Under the pieces are notes generated by a model that worked only from the letters and a program-made list of their open reading frames with translations, searched no databases and was not told the origin of the DNA. From positions 45,554-109,553 of the forward strand of contig JAGFJG010000001.1 in NCBI GenBank assembly GCA_024102915.1: a stretch of DNA of 64,000 nucleotides. Reading direction: 5' to 3'. Both the position numbers and the translations under genes were made by a program. The stretch is from Caldilineales bacterium. GTDB lineage: Bacteria; Chloroflexota; Anaerolineae; J102. Below are positions 41,782-51,246 of the stretch, piece after piece; position 1 is the stretch's first letter, and the number at the start of each line of letters is the position of its first letter.

Positions 41782-43854
41782 ATGTCCCGTTACAAAGGGA
41801 TGGCTCTCATCGCCATCCTAATCCTCACTATCGTCGTTCTTGCCGCCTGTGCTACGGCTGCGCCAGCAGAACCGCAGGTGGTGGTGCAGACTGTGGTGGT
41901 CGAGAAAGAAAAGCTAGTTGAGTCGACTGTCGTGGTCGAAAAGGAAGTCCAGGTCGAAGTCACCGCGACTCCGGCGCCTGTCTCCTTCGGCGCACCCCGC
42001 CCCGACACCTACACCGGTGTTGTCTTCGGTGATGTCGACACCCTCGATCCCAACCTGGCCTATGACACCGCCAGCGGTACCGTGATCATGAACGTGATGG
42101 AACCGCTGATTTTCTACAACGGCCCAGACGCCACTTCCTACGTGCCAGTCCTGGCTATGGAAGTGCCCTCGGTCGAGAATGGCGGCATCTCCGCTGATGG
42201 CCTCACCTACACCTTCAACATCCGCCAGGGCGTCAAGTTCCACCAGGGCGGCGATCTCACCCCCAGCGATGTGGCCTACACCTTCCAACGTGGTCTTTTG
42301 CAATCTGACCCCAACGGCCCGCAATGGCTGTTGCTGGAACCCCTGTTGGGCTACACCTCGGGTGATGTGACCGAAGAAATCGCCGAAGGCGCCTACGCTG
42401 GCGATCCCGAAGCCCTGAAGGCCAATGCCACCCCCGAAGACCTGCAGATGGTCTGTGACAAGGTCATGGCTTCGGTTGTGGCCGACGATGCCGCCGGCAC
42501 CGTCACCATGAACCTGGCCCAGCCCTGGGGCCCCATGCTCGCCACCCTGGCCCAGACCTGGGGCGCTGTCCTGGACAAAGAATGGGCCATCGAGAATGGC
42601 GCCTGGGACGGCACTTGTGAGACCTGGATCGATCATTACGCCCCCGGCGCCGAGAACGATGAACTCTCCGAGATCATCAATGGCACCGGCCCCTACATGC
42701 TGGAAAGCTGGACGCCTGGCGAAGGTTGGGTCCTGACCGCCTTCGATGGTTACTGGCGCGGTGATGACATGCCCGTGTGGGAAGGCGGCCCTGCCGGCGC
42801 TCCGCGAATCAAGCGCATTGTCGAACAGCAGGTCAATGAGTGGGGCACCCGCTTCGCCATGCTGCAGGCCGGTGATGCCGAATCCGTGGATGTGCCCGTG
42901 GCCAATCGCCCGCAGGTTGATGAGTTCGTAGGCGAATTCTGCGACTATCAGACCGGCGCATGCACGCCCAGCGAAACCAACCCCGACGGTCCCCTGCGCA
43001 AGTGGGCGAATCTGCCCAGCGTCAGCCGCACCGACGTCTTCCTCAACTTCAATGTCGAGACCGATGAAAACGGGCAGAATCCTTACATCGGCAGCGGCCA
43101 ATTGGACGGCAACGGCATTCCTCGCGACTTCTTCAACGACATCCATGTGCGCAAGGCCATGGGCTACTGCTTCGACTACGATGCCTTCATCGCCGATGCC
43201 CTGAATGGCGAAGGCGCTCGCAACAATGGCCCCATCATCCTCGACATGTTGGGCTACAATCCTGATGGCCCCATGTACGAGTTTGATCTGGACCAATGTG
43301 CGTCGGAACTGGAACAGGCCTGGGGCGGCGTATTGCCCGAGACTGGTTTCCGCTTCCAAATCGCCTTCAACACCGGCAACACCACTCGCCAGACCGTGGC
43401 CGCCATCTACCAGAACAACCTGGCTTCCATCAACGAAAAATACCAGGTTGAGATCATCGGCCTGCCCTGGCCCACCCTGCTGCGCTCCTTCCGCGCCAAG
43501 CAGCTTCCTGTGGCCGTCAGCGGTTGGTTGGAAGACATCCATGATCCGCACAACTGGGTGCAGCCCTATGCAGTCGGCACCTATGCCGGTCGCCAGAACA
43601 TGCCCGAAGACCTGCTGAATCAGTTCCAGGAACTGGTCAATGCCGGCGTTGCCGCCAGCGACCCCGCAGAACGCCAGCAGATCTACTACGACTTGCAGCA
43701 ACTGTACTACGATCAGATTCCGACCGTGATCCTGGCCCAGGCGGCTGGTTCACGCTACGAACAGCGCTGGGTTGACGGCTTCTTCTACAACCCGGTGATC
43801 CACGGCATTGCCAACCAGGTAGAATACTCCTACATGTTGGGCTTGACGCCGTAA
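41782..43854 (+). CDS. Family-5 ABC substrate-binding lipoprotein (paralogue B, tandem duplicate of A)
   Basis: GGAGGAG precedes ATG 41782. Lipobox VLAAC. It is collinear with paralogue A, and most positions are identical by eye. The post-lipobox linker is nearly identical at DNA level. Confidence 0.9.
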   Translation: MSRYKGMALIAILILTIVVLAACATAAPAEPQVVVQTVVVEKEKLVESTVVVEKEVQVEVTATPAPVSFGAPRPDTYTGVVFGDVDTLDPNLAYDTASGTVIMNVMEPLIFYNGPDATSYVPVLAMEVPSVENGGISADGLTYTFNIRQGVKFHQGGDLTPSDVAYTFQRGLLQSDPNGPQWLLLEPLLGYTSGDVTEEIAEGAYAGDPEALKANATPEDLQMVCDKVMASVVADDAAGTVTMNLAQPWGPMLATLAQTWGAVLDKEWAIENGAWDGTCETWIDHYAPGAENDELSEIINGTGPYMLESWTPGEGWVLTAFDGYWRGDDMPVWEGGPAGAPRIKRIVEQQVNEWGTRFAMLQAGDAESVDVPVANRPQVDEFVGEFCDYQTGACTPSETNPDGPLRKWANLPSVSRTDVFLNFNVETDENGQNPYIGSGQLDGNGIPRDFFNDIHVRKAMGYCFDYDAFIADALNGEGARNNGPIILDMLGYNPDGPMYEFDLDQCASELEQAWGGVLPETGFRFQIAFNTGNTTRQTVAAIYQNNLASINEKYQVEIIGLPWPTLLRSFRAKQLPVAVSGWLEDIHDPHNWVQPYAVGTYAGRQNMPEDLLNQFQELVNAGVAASDPAERQQIYYDLQQLYYDQIPTVILAQAAGSRYEQRWVDGFFYNPVIHGIANQVEYSYMLGLTP

Positions 43855-43885
43855 TCGTCTGATCTAACCTCTCACACAGCGACCT

Positions 43886-43914
43886 TTCGGGTGGGGGCAT
43901 TGCCCCCACCCGAA
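43886..43914 (+). other. Very stable stem-loop after binding-protein gene B
   Basis: TTCGGGTGGGGGC-att-GCCCCCACCCGAA. The stem is 13 bp and perfect, with a 3-nt loop and no U-tract. Confidence 0.6.
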
Positions 43915-44067
43915 GTCATCTCTATCCGACACCGTGTCATTGCGAAGTTTGACGGGAGTATGGCGCACTCCCCGACAAAGGGAAAACCATTCACTTATGA
44001 AGGGAGAATGCGCTGGGGTGATACTGCTTTGCAAGGACAGCCACACTTCTATTTCAGGTGGTGATTT

Positions 44068-45132
44068 ATGACAGCCTATATCATTCGTCGCTTATTACTG
44101 CTACCCGTCACGGTTATTGGCGTCACTTTGTTAATCTTTTTGTTCCTGCAATTCATGTCGCCGGTTGAGCGCTCCGCCCTCTATATCCGTGACATCCCCA
44201 AGAACGAAGCGCAGGTTGAGCGGGTTATCCGCCGTTATGGCCTGGATAAGCCGGTGTATACGCAGTATTGGAACTGGCTGGTGGGCACGGTCGATCAGGA
44301 TACCGGTGAGCGCGAAGGCGGAGTTATTTTTGGAGATTTAGGGTTTTCACGCACGGGGCGCCAGGATGTTGTGGATTTGATCCTGCACCGTCTGCCGGCG
44401 ACGTTGGAATTGGCATTGTGGGCCTTTATTCCCATCATCTTTATTGGCATTTGGTTGGGGGTGAAGGCGGCCACCAATCACAACAAACCTATCGATCAGG
44501 GAGCGCGTATCTTTGCGATTGTTGGCTATTCATTCCCGACATTTGTGTTTGGCCTTTTGGTATTGATGCTGTTTTATGCCAAGACGGGCTGGTTCCCGCC
44601 AGGACGCCTGTCCGACTGGGCGACGATCGTGGTCAACTCGCCCGACTTCACCCGATATACCCAGATCAACACCATCGATAGCTTGCTCAACTTACGCCTC
44701 GACGTATTTTTGGATGCGCTGCGGCATCTGGTATTGCCGGTGATTACACTCTGCTACATTCAGTGGGCGCTGCTACTCAAAGTCACCCGTTCATCCATGC
44801 TGGAAGCTCAGCGCCAGGATTATGTTCGCACCGCTCGTTCCAAGGGCCTCTCCGAGAAAGTGGTCGTTAACAAGCATGTTCGCAAAAACGCCCTGATTCC
44901 GGTGGCGACAATTGGCGGTTTCACCGTGGTAGGTCTGCTCAACGGCGTCGTGATCACCGAAACCGTGTTCAATTATCCTGGCATCGGCTCGGCTGTAGCG
45001 GCGGCGGCGGTCAGTCTGGATGTGCTGACCGTGCTTGGTTTTGTGTTGTTTAACGCCACACTGCTCATTGTCGCCAATCTGACCGTTGATATTATGTACG
45101 GTTTCCTCGACCCGCGCGTACGGCTCGGTTGA
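44068..45132 (+). CDS. ABC transporter permease (DppB/OppB-like)
   Basis: MTAYIIRRLLLLPVTVIGVTLLIFL is a typical N-terminus. The EAA loop is DYVRTARSKGLSEKVVVNKHVRKNALIP. Six TMs. Confidence 0.9.
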   Translation: MTAYIIRRLLLLPVTVIGVTLLIFLFLQFMSPVERSALYIRDIPKNEAQVERVIRRYGLDKPVYTQYWNWLVGTVDQDTGEREGGVIFGDLGFSRTGRQDVVDLILHRLPATLELALWAFIPIIFIGIWLGVKAATNHNKPIDQGARIFAIVGYSFPTFVFGLLVLMLFYAKTGWFPPGRLSDWATIVVNSPDFTRYTQINTIDSLLNLRLDVFLDALRHLVLPVITLCYIQWALLLKVTRSSMLEAQRQDYVRTARSKGLSEKVVVNKHVRKNALIPVATIGGFTVVGLLNGVVITETVFNYPGIGSAVAAAAVSLDVLTVLGFVLFNATLLIVANLTVDIMYGFLDPRVRLG

Positions 45133-45184
45133 TTATCCTTGATGATCGAACGACGTGCATTCCCTTTTATTCTGGAGATGACAT

Positions 45185-46225
45185 ATGGCAACTGACACAC
45201 TCACAAATCCGCAAGATGCCGGAGTCGAGTTTGGCCTGAAAAAGAAATCAAGGGTCGAGAGCCTGATTGGTCCGGAATGGTATCGTCTGTTAAAAGGTCT
45301 GGTCACCAATCCGCTGTCGGTGGCGGGCATTCTCATCATTGTGATGTTCGTATTAATTGCCATTCTGGCCCCCGTACTGGCCCCGCCGACCCGCAGCGAT
45401 CCCTACCAAATCCCACGCGATGGTTACGGCCCTGAGCCGAAGCCCCCCGGAACCGAATGGCGCAGCAACCCGCCTGACATCCCCTTCTGGTACACGCCCC
45501 TCACCGGCAATGAAGAATGGGTGCATCTCCTGGGTACCACCAGCGGCCAGTTTGACATCTGGTACGGCATTATCTGGGGTACGCGCACGGCTATCTTCGT
45601 CGGTCTCGTCGTCGTAGGTGTGGCATTGGCGATCGGATTGATCGTCGGCTCGCTTTCCGGGTTCTATGGCGGCTGGCTCGATGACATCTTCCAGCGCATC
45701 ACAGAGATTTTCATGGCATTTCCATTCTTGTTGGCGGCGCTGACGCTGACCTCGATCTTGGTGCCGCTATTCGGGCGCGGGGTCTGGCCAGCCATGATCG
45801 CCTTGATCGCCTTCGGCTGGATGGGGTACACCCGCGTGGTGCGCGGCGACATCCTGACGGTGAAAGAACGCGATTACGTCATGGCGGCAAGGGTGATCGG
45901 GGCAAAAGACTCGCGTATCCTCATCCGCCACATCATCCCCAATGCCGTCTTCTCGACCATGGTCCTGGCCTCACTCGACGTGGGCGCCATCGTCCTATCC
46001 TTCGCCGCCCTCAGCTTCCTGGGCGTCGGCACTGATATCGGCTACGCTGATTGGGGCCAGATCGTCAGCTTCGCTCGCGACTACATCCTCAGCCTCAACC
46101 AGTATTGGTACATCGTACTCTTCCCTGGCATGGCCCTCATCATCTTCGGCCTGGGCTGGAACCTGATCGGCGATGCCCTGCGCGACATCCTCGATCCTCG
46201 CATGAGAGGCAGCCGCGGCGCCTGA
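45185..46225 (+). CDS. ABC transporter permease (DppC/OppC-like)
   Basis: N-terminal OppC-type segment LVTNPLSVAGILIIVMFVLIAILAP. The EAA loop is DYVMAARVIGAKDSRILIRHIIPNA. Confidence 0.9.
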   Translation: MATDTLTNPQDAGVEFGLKKKSRVESLIGPEWYRLLKGLVTNPLSVAGILIIVMFVLIAILAPVLAPPTRSDPYQIPRDGYGPEPKPPGTEWRSNPPDIPFWYTPLTGNEEWVHLLGTTSGQFDIWYGIIWGTRTAIFVGLVVVGVALAIGLIVGSLSGFYGGWLDDIFQRITEIFMAFPFLLAALTLTSILVPLFGRGVWPAMIALIAFGWMGYTRVVRGDILTVKERDYVMAARVIGAKDSRILIRHIIPNAVFSTMVLASLDVGAIVLSFAALSFLGVGTDIGYADWGQIVSFARDYILSLNQYWYIVLFPGMALIIFGLGWNLIGDALRDILDPRMRGSRGA

Positions 46226-46250
46226 TCCTTCGTTCCTTCAAATACTGAAA

Positions 46251-46288
46251 GCGTGAAAGGGGAATCCTGCCTTTCACGCTTTTTCTTT
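46251..46288 (+). terminator. Strong intrinsic terminator separating the two halves of the ABC super-locus
   Basis: GCGTGAAAGG-ggaatcctg-CCTTTCACGC (10-bp perfect stem) followed by TTTTTCTTT. A perfect TATAAT (46290-46295) follows immediately. Confidence 0.85.
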
Positions 46289-46293
46289 GTATA

Positions 46294-47457
46294 ATGTCCC
46301 GCATGATTGCAATGACTGTGGCGACATCGGGCGGCAATGAATCGCTGGAACGCAAGGCGCGTCTGCGATTGGGGGCGATCAATGGCTGCCTCATCGGTGT
46401 GGCGCTGGCCCTGGGCGTGTGGGGGCCGGAATTCATCACGCTCGTACGATTGCCGGCGCCGTTGCCTTTTTCCGGATTGCTGGCGGGGGGATTGCTGCTG
46501 GCCGGACTTGGCGCTCTCGCGGGCGGGCTGGCCGCCTTGCAGGAAAAAGGCTGGTGGAGCCTGATCGCCTGGTTCGTGGCCGGGTTGGTGATGATCTGGG
46601 TGATCGGTCATATGCCCTACGAAGGTCAGGATTGGCTGCTGTGGCTCACAGATGGCCGGTTTCGGGGGTTGAACATTTATGCATTCGGCCCGCCGGAACG
46701 AGTGCGCATGGGGATGGCTGGATTCTTCATCCTGGTGCTCCTTGCTATCATCGGGCTACTACAACCCTTCCGCCTCGAATCCATCCGTGCCGCCAACGAC
46801 ACCCCGACGCACCTGAGCGGCAAAGCATGGTTTTTGTTATTAGTGCCACTGCCGCTGGTCTTTGCAGCGGGCATCGTGGCCGACAATCTCGTCAATCAGC
46901 CATTCCGCGCCGCGCCTGCGATGGTGGCCGAGGTGATCGATGTGGGTCGAGTGTACGAGGACAATCTCTTCCAGCTTAGCCGTGATTCCGGAACCAATTA
47001 CAATGCCATTTCCGGGTTTCGCGCGCAAATGAGCGGCCGTTATGAGTTGAAAATCGCCGAACTGGATCTCACAGCGGCTCAGGCGGTGGTCGTCTCTGCG
47101 CATTTTGATAACGGTTTCTGGATGAACTGCCGGGTCGTCACCGACCCCAGCATCGCCCAGGTCACATTCTGCTACGATGCCGGTGACCCCTACTTCAAGG
47201 GCTTTCCCGCCCTGATTACCGGCGAATCGGTGGAAGATTGCCTGTCTTGCACCGTGCGGGCAAGCGATCGAGAACGCTCCTGGTTGCGCCAATACGGCGA
47301 TGCCTGGGCGGGAGCGCCGGTCATCACATTTATCGCCCAAGAGGGCAGTTTTGTGCTGATGCGGGCGGCGTCGCCCGACGGTAATCAGTCTGTGGAATGT
47401 CTATTCAATGGTCTCTCACCGGTCACCCTGCATAGCTGCCGCGAGGTCGAAACATGA
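46294..47457 (+). CDS. Uncharacterised polytopic membrane protein with a Cys-containing extracytoplasmic C-terminal domain
   Basis: 387 aa with about 6 TM helices (for example LLAGGLLLAGLGALAGGLAAL and WSLIAWFVAGLVMIWVIG). A ~200-aa soluble domain follows with six Cys (NCRVV, FCYDAG, DCLSC, ECLF, HSC). An alternative start is ATG 46303. No family is recognised. Confidence 0.7.
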   Translation: MSRMIAMTVATSGGNESLERKARLRLGAINGCLIGVALALGVWGPEFITLVRLPAPLPFSGLLAGGLLLAGLGALAGGLAALQEKGWWSLIAWFVAGLVMIWVIGHMPYEGQDWLLWLTDGRFRGLNIYAFGPPERVRMGMAGFFILVLLAIIGLLQPFRLESIRAANDTPTHLSGKAWFLLLVPLPLVFAAGIVADNLVNQPFRAAPAMVAEVIDVGRVYEDNLFQLSRDSGTNYNAISGFRAQMSGRYELKIAELDLTAAQAVVVSAHFDNGFWMNCRVVTDPSIAQVTFCYDAGDPYFKGFPALITGESVEDCLSCTVRASDRERSWLRQYGDAWAGAPVITFIAQEGSFVLMRAASPDGNQSVECLFNGLSPVTLHSCREVET

Positions 47458-48188
47458 AAGCGCACTTCCTGGCCAGGCTCCTGATCGTCAGCGGTTTCCT
47501 GCTGCTGGCCTTCACCACGTTCCTGGCGCTGCAAAGCGAAGTCCAGGCTCAGGGCGGCGAGGATGGACGCGGCATGAGCATGCCCGACCGCCTGGCTCCG
47601 CCCCCCATGCCCGATAACCCCACCCAGGCGGATTTTGGCCGCTACGATTTCTATCTCTATTGCATGACCTGTCACGGCGACCGCGGGCAGGGTTTGACCG
47701 AGGAGTGGCGCTCGGCCTGGGCTCCCGGCGATCGAAATTGCTGGCAATCCAAGTGTCATGCCGCCAATCACCCGCCCGAGGGTTTTCAACTGCCTTATTT
47801 CATTCCCTACGTTGTGGGCAAGGGGGCGCTGGCTCGTTTCGCCACCGCCGACGATCTCTTCCAATACGTGCGCCGCGAGATGCCCTGGCACTGGCCCGGC
47901 ATGTACGATGACGATATCTACTGGAAGTTGACAGCCTTCCTAGCTCACGAAAACGGCCTTTACACCGGTGATGCAGAAATAGGCCCCGAAAATGCGATGA
48001 ATATCGTTTTGTGGCCGGGACGGGAATCAAATACGAAGACTGCTCCTGAGGAAGTAGCCGCCACCCCGCCGAATAAAGAAACACTCACCCAGGTCGGGAT
48101 GGGTTTCACCCTCTGGTTGCTACTCATCCTAATCGGCATCCTGGCCGGCGTTTTCGCGTTGGTTCGGATCAACGCCCGCAAAACCTGA
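47454..48188 (+). CDS. Membrane-anchored c-type cytochrome
   Basis: The ATG overlaps the upstream stop (ATGA). It has an N-terminal signal/anchor, the class-I haem motif YCMTCHGDRGQG, a candidate distal Met in REMPWHWPG, a second non-canonical CWQSKCH (CX4CH), and a C-terminal TM LWLLLILIGILAGVFALV. Confidence 0.8.
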   Translation: MKAHFLARLLIVSGFLLLAFTTFLALQSEVQAQGGEDGRGMSMPDRLAPPPMPDNPTQADFGRYDFYLYCMTCHGDRGQGLTEEWRSAWAPGDRNCWQSKCHAANHPPEGFQLPYFIPYVVGKGALARFATADDLFQYVRREMPWHWPGMYDDDIYWKLTAFLAHENGLYTGDAEIGPENAMNIVLWPGRESNTKTAPEEVAATPPNKETLTQVGMGFTLWLLLILIGILAGVFALVRINARKT

Positions 48189-48224
48189 CTACATCAGCGC
48201 TACTCCTATGATTGAGCAATCGTC

Positions 48225-49154
48225 ATGATCAGCTTAAGACGATTCTTTCGGCAACCCAAAAATCTCTTGGCGTTGACCCTGGTGGGCCTCTTTTTCGTGG
48301 CGGCCATTTTTGCGCCGATTCTGGCCCCATCCAACGATCCCTCTGATCCCGACCCCTATCGTGTCGCCGGCCGCTTTACCGACCGTACTCCACATCCGCC
48401 CAGTGCGGAAGCGCCCCTTGGCACCACGCCCGGCCAGTTCGATATCTACCACGGCATCATTTGGGGCACGCGTTCCGCCCTACGATTCGGCCTTTTTGTT
48501 GCGGTTTCCACGGCGCTGATCGGCATTGTGGTGGGGGCGATCAGCGGTTATGTAGGGGGGTGGGCCAACACCGTGTCCATGCGGTTTACCGACGCCTTTC
48601 TGGCTTTCCCTGCCATCGCCGGGGTGTGGTTGTTGCGGCAAGTGCTGCCAAATCCAGATTCGGGGCTAGAGTTCAGTTGGTTTCAAGAATTCCTGGTGCG
48701 GCTCAAGATCGATCCTGTCATGGCGACATTGATCATCTTTTCGTGGATGGCCTATGCGCGGTTGATCAACATCAACGTCATCCAGATCAAACAGTCGGAT
48801 CATGTGCTGGCGGCTCAGGCGATCGGCGTTGGCAAGACCCGCATCCTCATCCGGCACATCCTGCCCGCTGCGCTTCCCCCGGCCATCGTACTCCTTGCCC
48901 GTGACGTTGGCGCCTTCGTGCTGTTGGAATCGGCGTTCACATTTATCGGCGTGGGCGGCGTCACCGAATGGGGAAATCTGCTTGTACTCAGTCGTGATTG
49001 GGTGATCGGGTCTGCCGGAAATCCCTTCACTTATTGGTGGACCTTTGTGCCTATCAGCCTGACATTGATCTTCTTTGGTTTCAGTTGGAATCTGTTGGGC
49101 GACCGCATTAATGATCATCTCAATCCTCGCCACGGCGAGCGTTCTGTGAGGTAG
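48225..49154 (+). CDS. ABC transporter permease (DppC/OppC-like), second set
   Basis: FFRQPKNLLALTLVGLFFVAAIFAPILAP, and the EAA loop DHVLAAQAIGVGKTRILIRHILPAA. Confidence 0.88.
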   Translation: MISLRRFFRQPKNLLALTLVGLFFVAAIFAPILAPSNDPSDPDPYRVAGRFTDRTPHPPSAEAPLGTTPGQFDIYHGIIWGTRSALRFGLFVAVSTALIGIVVGAISGYVGGWANTVSMRFTDAFLAFPAIAGVWLLRQVLPNPDSGLEFSWFQEFLVRLKIDPVMATLIIFSWMAYARLININVIQIKQSDHVLAAQAIGVGKTRILIRHILPAALPPAIVLLARDVGAFVLLESAFTFIGVGGVTEWGNLLVLSRDWVIGSAGNPFTYWWTFVPISLTLIFFGFSWNLLGDRINDHLNPRHGERSVR

Positions 49155-49158
49155 GATC

Positions 49159-50223
49159 ATGCTGACGTTTCTGTTGCGACGTGCGCTCTTGCTGCCTCTG
49201 ACATTCGTCTTGATCACCGGCATCCTATACGCCATTCTCATGCTGGCGCCCGTCGATGCCAGGGCTGAACTCTATATTCCGCGGCGAACGAATCCATACA
49301 TTACCGAGCAACAGATGCGCAATATACTTGACCGGGTGATCAGGGAACACGGTCTCAATGACCCCTTTCCAGTACAATATGTAAGGTGGTTAGGGCATCT
49401 TGCCGGAGGCGACTGGGGCTGGAGCCCGGCCCTGCGTACCGACGTCATCGACGCGCTCATCGTGCGCACCCCTGCCACCCTGGAACTGACCCTGTACACC
49501 TTGTTGTTTCTCGTACCCCTGGGGCTGATCAGCGGCGTGCGCGCGGGCTGGAAAGGCGGACGGGGAGGCGACCGGCGGTTTCGAGCTACGGCCTATGTGG
49601 CTACATCCATCCCGCCCTTCATTCTGGGATTTGTACTTCTTTCCGTATTCTATGTTGGACTGCACTGGTTCCCGCCAGGACGCATGGGCATGGACACTAT
49701 GTTGGAACTGCGTAGCGGCGACTTCCACTCTTATACCGGGCTGCTCACTATCGACGGTTTGCTGAATTTGCGACTCGACATCTTCGTCGATGGGCTTCGT
49801 CACCTGGCGCTGCCGGTTGTCACGCTAGGCCTCGCTTACTGGGCGCTCTTAGGGCGCATCACCCGCGCGGGCATGGTCGAAGTGATGAGCAAGGAATACA
49901 TGGCTGCGGCATCTGCGCGAGGACTTCGACCGCGCAGTATGCAATGGCGGCATGCATTTTTGAATGTCGCCCCGCCTTCGCTGGCTACGATTGCCCTCAC
50001 CGCCGCTTCGCTTATCACGGGCGTCTTCGTGATCGAAACCGTGTTCAATTTTCCCGGCATCTCCGAGTTGATAGGGCTAACGATGTTGGGCGTGCCCGAC
50101 ATCCCCCTGGCCATGGGTTTCGCCGTCTACAGCGTGTTGATGGTTTTAACGGTGATGTTCATCCTTGACATCGTCCAGGCCTTCGTCAACCCGCTCGTGC
50201 GTCGCGGCGCCAGGGACCTATAG
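49159..50223 (+). CDS. ABC transporter permease (DppB/OppB-like), second set
   Basis: MLTFLLRRALLLPLTFVLITGILYA, and the EAA loop EYMAAASARGLRPRSMQWRHAFLNVAPP. The last 6 nt overlap the stop of the convergent gene. Confidence 0.88.
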   Translation: MLTFLLRRALLLPLTFVLITGILYAILMLAPVDARAELYIPRRTNPYITEQQMRNILDRVIREHGLNDPFPVQYVRWLGHLAGGDWGWSPALRTDVIDALIVRTPATLELTLYTLLFLVPLGLISGVRAGWKGGRGGDRRFRATAYVATSIPPFILGFVLLSVFYVGLHWFPPGRMGMDTMLELRSGDFHSYTGLLTIDGLLNLRLDIFVDGLRHLALPVVTLGLAYWALLGRITRAGMVEVMSKEYMAAASARGLRPRSMQWRHAFLNVAPPSLATIALTAASLITGVFVIETVFNFPGISELIGLTMLGVPDIPLAMGFAVYSVLMVLTVMFILDIVQAFVNPLVRRGARDL

Positions 50224-51228
50224 AAAAGTGCGCGCACCCACATAGCTTTCGCGCAACGATGCCACAGTCTGAACGTCGTCTTCGTAAACGCCGTTGCGGC
50301 TGCGTGAGGAATGGATCATACGCCACCCGCCCAGACTCATGCCGACGTGCGTGACCTTGCGCGTGCCGCCGCTCTTGAAATAAAGCAGATCGCCCGGCTG
50401 GAACGGCGGGTCTATTGGCCGTCCAATCTCATACTGCATGTCGGCGTCACGGGGGATGGCGACGCCGGAAAGGTGATGCATCAGTCCCACAAAACCTGAG
50501 CAATCGATGCCCAGCGCCGATGTGCCGCCCCACAGATATGGTACGCCCACAAATTGCCCGGCATCCAACTGCATTTGCGCCCGTCGCGACTCAGTCGTCT
50601 TTGGCAAGCTCGATAGCGGGCGCAAGTCCTGCTCATCGACCCAGACTTCATCCTCTCGCCCCCACGCCAGCTTCGCCCAACCGTTTTCGCTCCCTTCGAC
50701 CTTTACCTCTGTCCCCGCCGCCAATCGCCCCGCCAGGGTCGCCGAGCCGACGGGTTCGGATCGTAGCAGGGCGATTGGCGCGCCGACAAGGTGAGTGGGT
50801 TTGGCGGGGAGTACCGGCGTCAGGTAGGGGCGGTATGTCCAGCCGAGATAGCCGCCGGTCAGCCGTACAAAAGCCCAGGCATCCTGTTCGATGAGGACAG
50901 AGACAACCTGTCCCGCTGTCAATTGGCTCATCAACTCGCCTAAAAATCCCGGCTGAGCGTACAGCCCGGTGAGGTTGACGCCCACAGCCAGGTTCGGGGT
51001 ATTTGCATTGCACAGCACGTCCACATTGCTGGAATCGATTTTCAACTCAGGAAATCGAGCGCTGAGCATGTCGGCCGCCGAAGTGAGCGTGGCGGCATCA
51101 AGCGCCGAACCGCCGAGCGTGCAAACTTCCCCGGCCAGAGCGCTGACGTCCACCCGGCAATACTGCACCCGGGTGTCGGGGAAGGCGGCGTTGATTTCAG
51201 ATAAAGCCTTTCGAATCGTTGCGAGCAT
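50218..51228 (-). CDS. NlpC/P60 (C40) peptidase with N-terminal SH3b-like domains (YkfC-like gamma-D-Glu-diamino-acid endopeptidase)
   Basis: The catalytic Cys context is GVPYLWGGTSALGIDCSGFVGLM and the His context is KVTHVGMSLGG. The track ORF runs to 51360 and would overlap the upstream gene. ATG 51228 (MLATIRKAL) avoids that overlap. Confidence 0.82.
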   Translation of the reverse strand: MLATIRKALSEINAAFPDTRVQYCRVDVSALAGEVCTLGGSALDAATLTSAADMLSARFPELKIDSSNVDVLCNANTPNLAVGVNLTGLYAQPGFLGELMSQLTAGQVVSVLIEQDAWAFVRLTGGYLGWTYRPYLTPVLPAKPTHLVGAPIALLRSEPVGSATLAGRLAAGTEVKVEGSENGWAKLAWGREDEVWVDEQDLRPLSSLPKTTESRRAQMQLDAGQFVGVPYLWGGTSALGIDCSGFVGLMHHLSGVAIPRDADMQYEIGRPIDPPFQPGDLLYFKSGGTRKVTHVGMSLGGWRMIHSSRSRNGVYEDDVQTVASLRESYVGARTFL

Positions 51229-51246
51229 TGATTGCCTCGAGTGGAT

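Noticed and set aside
41914-43701. 595-aa ORF on the minus strand
   Set aside because: It is antisense to binding-protein paralogue B, whose frame has a lipobox, an RBS and family-5 motifs. The antisense translation is Gly/Ala/Val/Asp/His-rich with no recognisable motif. This is a typical GC-driven shadow ORF. The same applies to 40177-41445 (antisense to paralogue A) and 36022-36927.
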